This document shows positions 39,247 through 48,500 of a DNA stretch of 64,000 nucleotides, one piece after another. The number at the start of each line of letters is the position of its first letter. Position 1 is the stretch's first letter. Under the pieces are notes generated by a model that was not told the origin of the DNA, made no database searches, and saw nothing but the letters and a program-made list of their open reading frames with translations. The position numbers and the translations under genes are program-made. Origin of the DNA: Marinoscillum sp. (lineage in GTDB: Bacteria; Bacteroidota; Bacteroidia; Cytophagales; MED-G16). The stretch covers positions 9,214 through 73,213 of the forward strand of contig JAYPVV010000004.1 of assembly GCA_038134805.1 (NCBI GenBank), in the 5' to 3' direction.

Positions 39247-39825
39247 ATGAAGTTATTAGTTTTATTCTTATCGTTAAGTTTTAAAAGTATGGAATTGAAA
39301 ACTGCTACATTCGGTTCTGGTTGTTTCTGGTGTACTGAGGCAATCTTTGAGTTAGTTGATGGTGTTAAAGGTGTTGTTTCAGGTTACTCAGCTGGTGATA
39401 CTGAGAACCCATCGTATAAAGAAGTCTCGTCTGGATCTACAAATCACGCAGAAGTTGTTAATATAACATACGATCCTAGTGTTGTTAGTTACCTTGAGTT
39501 GCTTGAAGTGTTTTGGAGAACTCATGACCCAACAACTTTAAATAGACAGGGTGCTGATGTAGGCACTCAGTATAGATCAATAATTCTTTACCACGACCTT
39601 GATCAGAAGAGAGAATCTGAAGAGACATTAAAAAGGCTAGATGCCTCAGGTGCTTGGAGTAGTCCTATTGTTACCAAAATTGAAAAATTTACTAGATTTT
39701 ATCCTGCAGAAGACTATCATCAAAACTATTTTGAGTTAAATCCAAACAATTCTTATTGTTCATATGTAATTTCTCCTAAGGTTGATAAATTCAAAAAGGT
39801 ATTTAAAGATTTATTAAAGAAATAA
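39247..39825 (+). CDS. msrA: Peptide-methionine (S)-S-oxide reductase MsrA (the start may be the internal MELK at 39289)
   Basis: Catalytic GSGCFWCTEA, plus HAEVV and HDPTTLNRQG. Confidence 0.9.
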   Translation: MKLLVLFLSLSFKSMELKTATFGSGCFWCTEAIFELVDGVKGVVSGYSAGDTENPSYKEVSSGSTNHAEVVNITYDPSVVSYLELLEVFWRTHDPTTLNRQGADVGTQYRSIILYHDLDQKRESEETLKRLDASGAWSSPIVTKIEKFTRFYPAEDYHQNYFELNPNNSYCSYVISPKVDKFKKVFKDLLKK

Positions 39826-40003
39826 TAATTTAATAATCATTTAATTATAAAATTCATAATTTCAAATTCTTGAATTAACCTTATTTTAAAAATATTATAT
39901 ATTATTTTAAAAATTTAATAATTTATTAGGGGTACAAAAAGTTACTTTATTTTTAAATTTTATTTTAGTGTCGTATTTAAAATATTAACTTAAAAATTAA
40001 AAT

Positions 40004-41017
40004 ATGTCACTAAAATCTAAACTAGAATATATTTGGTTAGATGGTTACAATCCAACTCAAAATTTACGTAGTAAAACAAGAATAGAGAGAGATTTCTCTG
40101 GAAAATTAGAAGACTGTCCTATGTGGTCTTTTGATGGAAGTTCAACTAAGCAAGCTGAAGGTAACAGTTCTGATTGTCTACTTAAGCCTGTTGCTATATT
40201 TCCTGATCCTGACAGATCAAATGGGTTTTTAGTAATGACTGAAGTTCTTAATGCAGATGGTTCTCCCCATGTATCTAACGCGAGAGCAACTATAGATGAT
40301 GATGATAATGATTTCTGGTTTGGTTTTGAACAAGAGTATTTTTTATGGGATCCTGCTACTAATTTGCCACTTGGATTTCCTGAAAGTGGCTTCCCAGCAC
40401 CTCAAGGTCAATATTATTGCAGTGTTGGTTCAGAAAATGCCTTTGGAAGAGAGATAGTTGAAGATCACTTAGATCAGTGTCTTGAAGCTGGTATAAATGT
40501 AGAAGGTATAAACGCAGAAGTTGCAACTGGTCAGTGGGAATATCAAATATTTGCAAAAGGAGCAAAAAATGCTGGTGATCAAGTTTGGGTTGCAAGATTT
40601 TTAGCTGAAAGAAATGCTGAGAAGTGGGGTGTTACAATAAATCTTCATCCTAAACCAATTAAAGGTGACTGGAATGGATCTGGTATGCACGCTAATTTTT
40701 CAAATGGGGTTATGAGATCTTGTGGCGACGAGAATGTTTTTAATAAAATTTGCGAAGGATTTGGAGGAAAAAATATTAAAAAACATATTGATGTTTACGG
40801 TGCTTATAATGACCAAAGATTAACCGGTCTTCATGAAACTCAGTCAATTGATAAATTCTCATATGGAATATCTGATAGAGGTGCTTCAATAAGAATACCA
40901 ATTGGAACTGTTGAAGATGGTTGGGTTGGAAGATTAGAAGATAGAAGACCTGCATCTAATGGGGATCCATACAAAATTGCATCAGTTATAGTTTCAACTA
41001 CTAAAGGTTCTCTATAA
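40004..41017 (+). CDS. glnII: Glutamine synthetase type II (eukaryote-like GSII)
   Basis: 337 aa. Starts KLEYIWLDG; also FGFEQEYFL, GINAEVATGQWEYQI, NGSGMHANFS and LEDRRPASNGDPY. Confidence 0.9.
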   Translation: MSLKSKLEYIWLDGYNPTQNLRSKTRIERDFSGKLEDCPMWSFDGSSTKQAEGNSSDCLLKPVAIFPDPDRSNGFLVMTEVLNADGSPHVSNARATIDDDDNDFWFGFEQEYFLWDPATNLPLGFPESGFPAPQGQYYCSVGSENAFGREIVEDHLDQCLEAGINVEGINAEVATGQWEYQIFAKGAKNAGDQVWVARFLAERNAEKWGVTINLHPKPIKGDWNGSGMHANFSNGVMRSCGDENVFNKICEGFGGKNIKKHIDVYGAYNDQRLTGLHETQSIDKFSYGISDRGASIRIPIGTVEDGWVGRLEDRRPASNGDPYKIASVIVSTTKGSL

Positions 41018-41026
41018 TTTTTTTCT

Positions 41027-41034
41027 TAGATTTG
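41027..41034 (+). promoter_or_regulatory. Bacteroidota-type -7 promoter box (TAGATTTG) upstream of the FtsX-like permease gene
   Basis: Exact TAnnTTTG match, 14 nt before the TTG start at 41049. Confidence 0.35.
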
Positions 41035-41048
41035 CTAAAATCGCAACA

Positions 41049-42302
41049 TTGAACAAATTTGTTTCTTTTTTAGCAAGTATCAATTGGAATGTTTTAGAAG
41101 CAATTTCTTCAATTAAATCCAATAAGCTAAGAGTATTCTTAACAGCTGCTATTATATCTATAGGTATAGCTTCTCTTGTAGGAATATTAACTTCTATTGA
41201 TGGTATAAGAAAGTCTGTCTCAGATAGTTTTTCTGAGCTTGGTTCAAATGCATATTACATTCGAGGTGTTAGAAATGATCGTGGCAGAGATGCAGGAATT
41301 GTTAAGAAAAACTATCCACCTCTTAGATACCGGGAAATTTCTGAGTTTTTAAAGAAATATGATGGAGTTGGTGTTCCCACTGTAAGTACTACAGTTACTA
41401 GAATTGCTGAAGTAAAATATAAGTCTGAAGTAACAAATCCTAACGTTTTCTTAGAGGCAGGAGATCATAATTTAGTTGGTGTCACTCAGTTGAAACTAAT
41501 AAATGGTAGAAATTTTACTAAATCTGAAAATGAGAGGGGTCTTTTTGTTGCTATTATTGGCTCAAAAATTAAATCAACTTTGTTTAAAAATAATTTAGAC
41601 CCTCTCAATAAGTTTATTTCAATTCGTGGAAATAAATTTAAAGTAATTGGCATTTTAGAGGAGAAGGGTAGTTCATTTGGCGGTGGGGGTGATAATAGGG
41701 TGATTATCCCAATAGAGACCTCTAGGAAGCTTAGACCATCAGCTAATTATGAAGTTACTATAAAAGTTAATGATATTGACTTAGTTGATAGCGATATAAC
41801 TTATTCTCAAAATTTATTTAAAATATTTCGTGGAGATAGAATTGGTTCTGAAAATTCTTTTGAAATTGAAAGAAATGAATCATTAGATTCTGAACTTGAT
41901 GAAATAACTACTTACTTGAAAATAGGTGGGTTTACTATTGGATTTATTACATTAATTGGAGCTTCCATTGGTCTTATGAATATTATGCTTGTCTCCGTAA
42001 CAGAGAGAACCAGAGAGATAGGACTAAGAAAATCTATTGGTGCTACTCCAAAAATTATAAGAGATCAATTTCTTATAGAATCAATTTTAATATGTTTAAT
42101 TGGTGGCTTTGGTGGTGTTGTATTAGGTCTTTTCTTTGGTAATATTGTAACAATATATGTTGGAGGAGGAAAATTTATTATTCCATGGGTATGGATTTTT
42201 ATGGGTTTATTAATAAGTACACTTGTTGGTATTTTAAGTGGCTTCCTTCCAGCAAGAAAAGCTGCCTCATTAGATCCTATTGAGTCACTCAGATTTGAAT
42301 AG
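41049..42302 (+). CDS. ABC-transporter permease, MacB/FtsX-like
   Basis: N-terminal TM, a large periplasmic MacB-type domain, then the FtsX 3-TM C-terminus (RTREIGLRKSIGAT...LPARKAASLDPIESLRFE). Confidence 0.8.
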   Translation: MNKFVSFLASINWNVLEAISSIKSNKLRVFLTAAIISIGIASLVGILTSIDGIRKSVSDSFSELGSNAYYIRGVRNDRGRDAGIVKKNYPPLRYREISEFLKKYDGVGVPTVSTTVTRIAEVKYKSEVTNPNVFLEAGDHNLVGVTQLKLINGRNFTKSENERGLFVAIIGSKIKSTLFKNNLDPLNKFISIRGNKFKVIGILEEKGSSFGGGGDNRVIIPIETSRKLRPSANYEVTIKVNDIDLVDSDITYSQNLFKIFRGDRIGSENSFEIERNESLDSELDEITTYLKIGGFTIGFITLIGASIGLMNIMLVSVTERTREIGLRKSIGATPKIIRDQFLIESILICLIGGFGGVVLGLFFGNIVTIYVGGGKFIIPWVWIFMGLLISTLVGILSGFLPARKAASLDPIESLRFE

Positions 42303-42324
42303 TTGGAGTAATTCTTCAGATTAT

Positions 42325-43692
42325 TTAGATACCAAAAAATTTATTTAGGAAGGTAAGTATAAATATTGAACCTAATATAAGTGGGCAAATATAAGTAATT
42401 GAAAAATTAATATATTTCTCAATTAATGATCCCCTGTAGGTTGGATTACCTTTCTCTATCTCTTTTGATAAATTTTTCTTTTTCCAGATAAAAGAAGTAT
42501 AAATAGTTATTAAAAATCCTCCAAAAGGTAATAGTGTATCGTTAGAAATATCAATTACTAGCTGCATAAAATCAACAGGTCTCTCACTTCCAAAATATGT
42601 AATAAAATTTGTAAATAACTCACTCTTTCCTTGAGAGAGTGCAGATGGGACACCTATTAACAAAATAATACTTCCGGATACCCATACTGCATAATTTCTT
42701 TTCAATTTATATTCATCAACTAAATAACTTACTGGCACTTCAAGTAATGACACTGTTGAAGTTATTGCAGCAAATGATAATAAAATAAAAAAAGTTGAAC
42801 CAATAAAAATTCCAACACCATCACCTAGGTTTTGAAATATTTTTGGAAATACCTCAAAAATAAAACCAGGTCCTCCCTGAGTTTCAATTCCTGAAGAGAA
42901 CACAAAAGGAAAAATTATTAAACCAGATAGAAATGCAATCCCTACATCAGTGAGCGTAATCAAAGATGCTGAGCTAATTATGTTATTGTCATCTTTTATA
43001 TAACTGCCATAAGTAATAAGCATTCCCATTCCAAGAGAAAGAGAAAAAAAAGCTTGACCTAAAGCATTTCCAGCAATAGTTAAATTGATTTGAGAGAAAT
43101 CTGGAATCAAATAGAAAACTATACCATCTATGGCATTTGGCAGAGTTAACGCGTAAATAATAAGGGAAAAAATTATGATAATTAAAGTAGGCATCAAAAT
43201 TTTAGCTGCTTTCTCAATTCCCTTCTCAACTCCTCTTGAAACTATCAAAATAGTTAAAAGCATAAATAATGCAGAGTAGAAAAATACATTTTCAGTGTTA
43301 TTAACGTATCCTCCAAAATCATCGGATATTGCAAAATTTCCTGTTAACATCTCAGTTACGTATCCTAATACCCACCCTGCTACAACAGTATAAAAAGATA
43401 ATATAAGTACTCCACAGAAAACTCCCATCTTCCCTATAAAATTCCAATTTCTATTTCCCATTTCATTAAATGCACCAATGACGTTCCTCTTTGTATTTCT
43501 ACCTATTGCTATCTCAGACACAATTACAGGAAAACATAAAATAAAACAGAAAAATAAGTACATTATTAGGAATGCTGCTCCACCTCCATTACTAACTTCA
43601 AACGGAAATTTCCAGATATTTCCAAGACCTACTGCAGATCCAGAAGCGGCTAGAATAAAACCCAATTTTGAATTAAATGATCCTCTTTTCAT
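42325..43692 (-). CDS. Sodium-dependent transporter, SNF / neurotransmitter:sodium symporter family
   Basis: N-terminal FILAASGSAVGLGNIWKFPF signature. About 12 TM segments. Confidence 0.9.
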   Translation of the reverse strand: MKRGSFNSKLGFILAASGSAVGLGNIWKFPFEVSNGGGAAFLIMYLFFCFILCFPVIVSEIAIGRNTKRNVIGAFNEMGNRNWNFIGKMGVFCGVLILSFYTVVAGWVLGYVTEMLTGNFAISDDFGGYVNNTENVFFYSALFMLLTILIVSRGVEKGIEKAAKILMPTLIIIIFSLIIYALTLPNAIDGIVFYLIPDFSQINLTIAGNALGQAFFSLSLGMGMLITYGSYIKDDNNIISSASLITLTDVGIAFLSGLIIFPFVFSSGIETQGGPGFIFEVFPKIFQNLGDGVGIFIGSTFFILLSFAAITSTVSLLEVPVSYLVDEYKLKRNYAVWVSGSIILLIGVPSALSQGKSELFTNFITYFGSERPVDFMQLVIDISNDTLLPFGGFLITIYTSFIWKKKNLSKEIEKGNPTYRGSLIEKYINFSITYICPLILGSIFILTFLNKFFGI

Positions 43693-45480
43693 CTAAAAAT
43701 TATTAAATATTTTATATGCTCTTCTTTCTAAGAAATAGTCTGCAATTCTTCTATTAATATCTTTTATATTGAATTTATTAAATATTAATGTATTCTCAAT
43801 AATATCTATACTTTCACTAAGTTCCTTGTCTTTCATAAAGCTAGAAACACATTCAGTCATAGACTCTCTTATTGAAAATAAATTATAGTGTAGAACAGAT
43901 TTAGAAATATCTAGTAAGATCTCATTCTGAGTAGACGTGTATACCTTTTCACATCTTTTAAGTGAAGACTCAATGACATAAATTGATATAATCACATCAG
44001 CTATATTCATCATTATTTCTTGTTCAACCTTTATCTTTTCTCCAAAATGCAAAGCGGACTTCCCAAAATACATTAAGAGTAAATTCTTGAGGTTCTTAAT
44101 TAACTTATATGATGATGAGAAGTGATTATTTTTATCATAATTTGATTTCTCAATTTTCTTTTCATTTATTACCTTCATGGCATATTCTAATATGTCAATT
44201 TCTTTCTTTAGAGACCTTTTAAGCAAGGTTCCAACTATGAGCATTCTATTTATCTCATTTGTTCCCTCATAAATTCTTGAAATTCTTGCATCTCTGTATG
44301 GTCTTGCCATTGGTGCCTCTTCAGAGAATCCCATTCCTCCATAAATTTGAACTCCTTCATCTACAACAAAATCAAGAATTTCTGAGCCATAAATTTTTGA
44401 TATTGCACACTCAACAGAAAATAACTCTATAGCTTTTAATTCGGACTCATTTAAAGATAATCCTTCATTTTGATACTCTTTAATTTTGTTATCTATATCA
44501 TTCCCAGCTCTGTAGCATATAGACTCACATGAAAATGATAAAACTATCATTTTAGCTAACTTTTGTTTTATAGCTCCGAAATTAGAAATACTAGTATTGA
44601 ACTGCTTCCTTTCTATGGAATAGGTTAATGCACTATCAATAACTCCTCTACATCCACCTAAAACACCCGCACCCAATTTAATTCTGCCAATATTCAATAC
44701 ATTTAATGCAATTTTAAATCCACCCTCTCTTTCTCCCAGAAGATTTTCTATGGGAATTTCAACATCATTAAAGAATATCTGTCTTGTAGAGGACCCCTTA
44801 ATTCCTAATTTATCTTCCTCAGGATTCATAGATATACCATCTCTTGTCTTTTCTACTAGGAATGCAGTTAAGTTTTTATCATCATTTATTTTTGCAAAAA
44901 CAATAAAAAGATCTGCAAATCCACCATTAGAAATCCACATCTTCTGCCCGTTTATAATATACTTTGTCTTATCATCAGATAGTTTAGCACTTGATTTTGC
45001 AGAATTTGCATCTGATCCAGAATCTGGTTCAGTTAGACAGTATGCTCCTTTAATTTCACCGGAAACTAAGCCCTTTAAAAACTTTTCTTTCTGCTCATCA
45101 GAACCATAATACTTAAGAGGTAGGGTAGCAATCCCAGTATGTGCCCCATATGCTGTAGAAAATGAACCTGTTATTCCAACAATATCTGCAATTAACATGC
45201 TTGTATTAAAGCTCATGTTCATTCCACCATAATCTTCACTTATAGAAAGACCAAGTAGACCAAGCTCACCAGATTTTTTAAGTAAATTAGGCATTATCTC
45301 AGGATAGTTTTTACTATCAATTTTTTTTGTTAGAGGTATTACATCTCTTTCGAGAAAATCGATGCATGCCTCTGCCATCATTCTCTGATCCTCATTAAAG
45401 TCTTCCATTGAGAAGATATTGTTTGCATCTACCTCATGGATAAGAAATTCACCACCTATAACAGAATTTTTAATAGCCAT
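43693..45480 (-). CDS. Long-form acyl-CoA dehydrogenase
   Basis: CLTEPDSGSDA and WISNGG motifs, then QIYGGMGFSEE...YRDARISRIYEGTNEI, plus a C-terminal extension of about 180 aa. Confidence 0.9.
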   Translation of the reverse strand: MAIKNSVIGGEFLIHEVDANNIFSMEDFNEDQRMMAEACIDFLERDVIPLTKKIDSKNYPEIMPNLLKKSGELGLLGLSISEDYGGMNMSFNTSMLIADIVGITGSFSTAYGAHTGIATLPLKYYGSDEQKEKFLKGLVSGEIKGAYCLTEPDSGSDANSAKSSAKLSDDKTKYIINGQKMWISNGGFADLFIVFAKINDDKNLTAFLVEKTRDGISMNPEEDKLGIKGSSTRQIFFNDVEIPIENLLGEREGGFKIALNVLNIGRIKLGAGVLGGCRGVIDSALTYSIERKQFNTSISNFGAIKQKLAKMIVLSFSCESICYRAGNDIDNKIKEYQNEGLSLNESELKAIELFSVECAISKIYGSEILDFVVDEGVQIYGGMGFSEEAPMARPYRDARISRIYEGTNEINRMLIVGTLLKRSLKKEIDILEYAMKVINEKKIEKSNYDKNNHFSSSYKLIKNLKNLLLMYFGKSALHFGEKIKVEQEIMMNIADVIISIYVIESSLKRCEKVYTSTQNEILLDISKSVLHYNLFSIRESMTECVSSFMKDKELSESIDIIENTLIFNKFNIKDINRRIADYFLERRAYKIFNNF

Positions 45481-45482
45481 AA

Positions 45483-48011
45483 TTACATTTTTAGATTTCT
45501 GAGATCTACAGGAACAACTTTTGACACACCCTGTTCAGGCATAGTAATTCCGTAGATTACATCAGCATTGTTCATAGTTCTTTTGTTATGAGTAACGATT
45601 ATAAATTGAGATGAGTTAGAAAATTTATTAATAATTTTATTGAACTTATCAATATTAGCATCATCGAGTGGTGCATCAACTTCATCAAAAACACAGAAAG
45701 GAGCTGGTTTTAGAAGATAAATAGCAAAAAGAAGTGAAGTTGCGGTTAAAGTTTTCTCACCACCAGAGAGCTGATTTATTGTTAATGGCTTTTTACCCTT
45801 TGGTTTAGCCATAATTTCAATAGTTGAATCTAGTGGATTCTCTTCATCAACTATCAATAAATCACAGTCATCATCATCAGTAAATAATGATCTAAAAACA
45901 GTCTTGAAATTATTTTTAATTTTTTCAAAAGAATTTAAAAACGATTCTTTTGCAACTAGATCAATTTCATTTATAGTTTTAAGCAAGGATTCTTTTGCTT
46001 CTATAAGGTCAGATCTTTCTTTTGTTATGAATTCATGTCTCTCTTTTATTTCATTATAAGCATCCATTGCTAAAGGATTAATCTGACCAATTTTTTCAAT
46101 TTTTTCTTTCAGCTTATCTCTTCTAGAAACCATCTTCTCAAGTGAATTTTCTTCTAAAAAGTTTTTATCTGCTTTACACTTACTTAGTTCTAGATCAAAC
46201 TCAATTGAAATTCTTTGTTCAACCGAATTTAGCTCAATCTCATTCTCATGAATTCCGTTTTTAAGCTGATCAATAAGAGTTAAATTTATGTCTTTCTTAT
46301 TTTGTAAGTCTCTTATTGAAGAGTCATCCAAATTTATTGTAGATTTCAATTTGTAATATTCATCTTCAAACTGCTCTAGCTCTTTCTCAGATTTTGATTT
46401 TTCATCATATAATCTCAATAGAGAGTTATCATTTGAGTCTGAATCTGTATCAATTTTTGTTACCTCTTTCTCAGAGATTTCAAGAGCTTTTATGTTATCA
46501 TTAATTCTTTTCTTATTTGACTCATAGGTGGTATTCTTGTATTCAACTTCTCTTTTTAACGACTCAATGTTATTTTTTAGAGAGTTGTAATTAATCTCAT
46601 CTTGTGATAAATTTTTAGACTTTTCACTGAATAACTTATTAATTCTAATAATTTCATTATTCTCAGTTTTAAATAAATTTTCAATCTTTGAAAAAGCAAT
46701 TTTCAATTCATTTATTTCATTGTCAATGGATTTAACTTTATCAAGAATAGCTTCTTTATCAATTTTTTCTAGTTGAAGTAAACTTTCAATCTGATTTCTT
46801 TTATTAGAGATTGACTCAAGATTATGTGTTAATTCTCTAAACTGATCTTCAACTTCTTTAATATCAGTTATTTTAACATTCTTATCTTTTAATTGTTCCT
46901 CGTATTTATGGTAGTCTTTTTTCGTCTGATCTAGCTGACTAAAAACATTTTTCAAGTTTTTTTCATTCTCTTTTATTTCATTTTGAATACTTGAAATTGA
47001 GAACTCAGATCTCTTATTACTTTCTGTATCGTATTTAATTCTTTCTCTTAAGTCTTCAATCTTCTCAATAAGCATCTTGGCTTTTTGAGATTTCATTCTT
47101 TTTGCCTCCTCAAAAGATCTAATTTTTTCTAGAATTGAATTTAATTCCTTCTGAAGTTTTAATAACTTTTTCTCATATGGAATAAGTGATGACTTTGCTT
47201 CTTCCAACTTAGAATTCTTCTTAGCAAGATCGGTTACAACTTTTGTATTTTCATTTTCTATTTTAACAAGCTTTTCTTTCTGTTCTTTAAGAGTATTTCT
47301 TGTTGTTTTAGATAATTCTAGTGCAACATTTACGCTTATAAGTTTATACTCTTCCTTAAATCTATAATATTTCTCTGTTTGCTTGGCTTGTCTTTTAAGT
47401 GATCTAAGATTTTTTTCTATTTCATATACTAAATCTTCAACTCTATCAAGATCGGACTCAGTTTGTTTAATCTTATTTAAAGTCTCTTTTTTTCTTTTTC
47501 TAAATTTAGATACTCCGGCTGCCTCCTCAAATAACTGTATTCTAGAGTTATCTTTATCACTTAATAAATTATCAACCATTGAAAGCTCTATTATAGCATA
47601 ATTATTAGATGATACACCTGTATCAAGGAAAAGGTTAGTTATATCTTTAAGTCTACATTTTACATCATTTAGAAGATATTCACTATCACCAGAGCGAAAA
47701 TATCTTCTTGTTACTGTCACAGTTGAGTACTCAGTTGGAATTAAATTTTTTGTGTTATCAAATGAGATAGATACTTCAGCCAACTGCAATTTTTTTCTTG
47801 TTTTTGAGCCATTGAAAATAACATTCTCCATTTTATCTGATCTCAAAAGTGTTGTTTTTTGCTCACCCAGAACCCACCTTATTGCATCTACAATATTTGA
47901 TTTTCCACAACCATTAGGTCCAACAATGCCAGTCACTCCAGAATTAAAATTTATGGTTGTTTTGTCTCCAAAACTCTTAAAACCTTTAATTTCAATTTTA
48001 TTTAATCTCAT
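45483..48011 (-). CDS. smc: SMC-type chromosome condensation ATPase, unusually short, no hinge domain visible
   Basis: Walker A GPNGCGKSN, FEEAAGVSKFRKRK, ABC signature LSGGEK, Walker B FCVFDEVDAPLDD. 842 aa. The centre is uninterrupted K/E/N-rich coiled-coil-like sequence. Confidence 0.85.
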   Translation of the reverse strand: MRLNKIEIKGFKSFGDKTTINFNSGVTGIVGPNGCGKSNIVDAIRWVLGEQKTTLLRSDKMENVIFNGSKTRKKLQLAEVSISFDNTKNLIPTEYSTVTVTRRYFRSGDSEYLLNDVKCRLKDITNLFLDTGVSSNNYAIIELSMVDNLLSDKDNSRIQLFEEAAGVSKFRKRKKETLNKIKQTESDLDRVEDLVYEIEKNLRSLKRQAKQTEKYYRFKEEYKLISVNVALELSKTTRNTLKEQKEKLVKIENENTKVVTDLAKKNSKLEEAKSSLIPYEKKLLKLQKELNSILEKIRSFEEAKRMKSQKAKMLIEKIEDLRERIKYDTESNKRSEFSISSIQNEIKENEKNLKNVFSQLDQTKKDYHKYEEQLKDKNVKITDIKEVEDQFRELTHNLESISNKRNQIESLLQLEKIDKEAILDKVKSIDNEINELKIAFSKIENLFKTENNEIIRINKLFSEKSKNLSQDEINYNSLKNNIESLKREVEYKNTTYESNKKRINDNIKALEISEKEVTKIDTDSDSNDNSLLRLYDEKSKSEKELEQFEDEYYKLKSTINLDDSSIRDLQNKKDINLTLIDQLKNGIHENEIELNSVEQRISIEFDLELSKCKADKNFLEENSLEKMVSRRDKLKEKIEKIGQINPLAMDAYNEIKERHEFITKERSDLIEAKESLLKTINEIDLVAKESFLNSFEKIKNNFKTVFRSLFTDDDDCDLLIVDEENPLDSTIEIMAKPKGKKPLTINQLSGGEKTLTATSLLFAIYLLKPAPFCVFDEVDAPLDDANIDKFNKIINKFSNSSQFIIVTHNKRTMNNADVIYGITMPEQGVSKVVPVDLRNLKM

Positions 48012-48020
48012 TAAAAAATT

Positions 48021-48500
48021 ATGAATTATTTTTGGCCTAAATATAATAATATAAGAATGGATTTCTCTGATTTTAGTGAATTTATAGGCCCAATTATTTT
48101 CGGTTTAATTGCTTGGCTTTCAAACTACTTCGGAAAGAAGAAAAAGAAGGATATTAATACTGAAGAAATCGCTGATTACAAGCAAGAGAATGACATAGAT
48201 TTTAATCAGATATTTATTGAAGAAGATCCATCACCAGAGATAATTCCTGAACAAGAATCTTATACTGACATTAATATAACAGAAGATATTATTTTAGAAG
48301 ATAACAAAATAGCAAAGTTTCCAAAAGAGATATCTCCTCTACAAAAAAATGAAGAAGTCAGTATTGCAAGAACACCTCTAAAAAGATTTAATAAGAAATC
48401 AAGTTTGTCAAGAGCAGCTTCCATAAGGAAAAAACTTAGAGATAAGAGTAGTATAAAAGAAGCAATAATTATGAAAGAGATTCTTGATAGAAAATACTAA
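48021..48500 (+). CDS. Hypothetical membrane-anchored protein with an acidic middle and a basic C-terminus (start possibly M at 48057)
   Basis: One TM-like segment (FIGPIIFGLIAWLSNYF). No recognisable domain. Fills the whole gap between smc and gltA. Confidence 0.35.
   Translation: MNYFWPKYNNIRMDFSDFSEFIGPIIFGLIAWLSNYFGKKKKKDINTEEIADYKQENDIDFNQIFIEEDPSPEIIPEQESYTDINITEDIILEDNKIAKFPKEISPLQKNEEVSIARTPLKRFNKKSSLSRAASIRKKLRDKSSIKEAIIMKEILDRKY

Noticed and set aside
40004-41017. Horizontal acquisition of glnII, suggested by its visibly higher G+C than its surroundings
   Set aside because: groEL, gltA and other highly conserved or highly expressed genes in the window show the same shift. By-eye composition alone cannot support transfer.
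44750-45109. 119-aa ORF antisense to the acyl-CoA dehydrogenase gene
   Set aside because: It is a shadow ORF. The acyl-CoA dehydrogenase motifs occupy the opposite strand.
47752-48024. 90-aa ORF antisense to the smc 5' end
   Set aside because: It overlaps the SMC Walker A region on the other strand, and no independent support exists.
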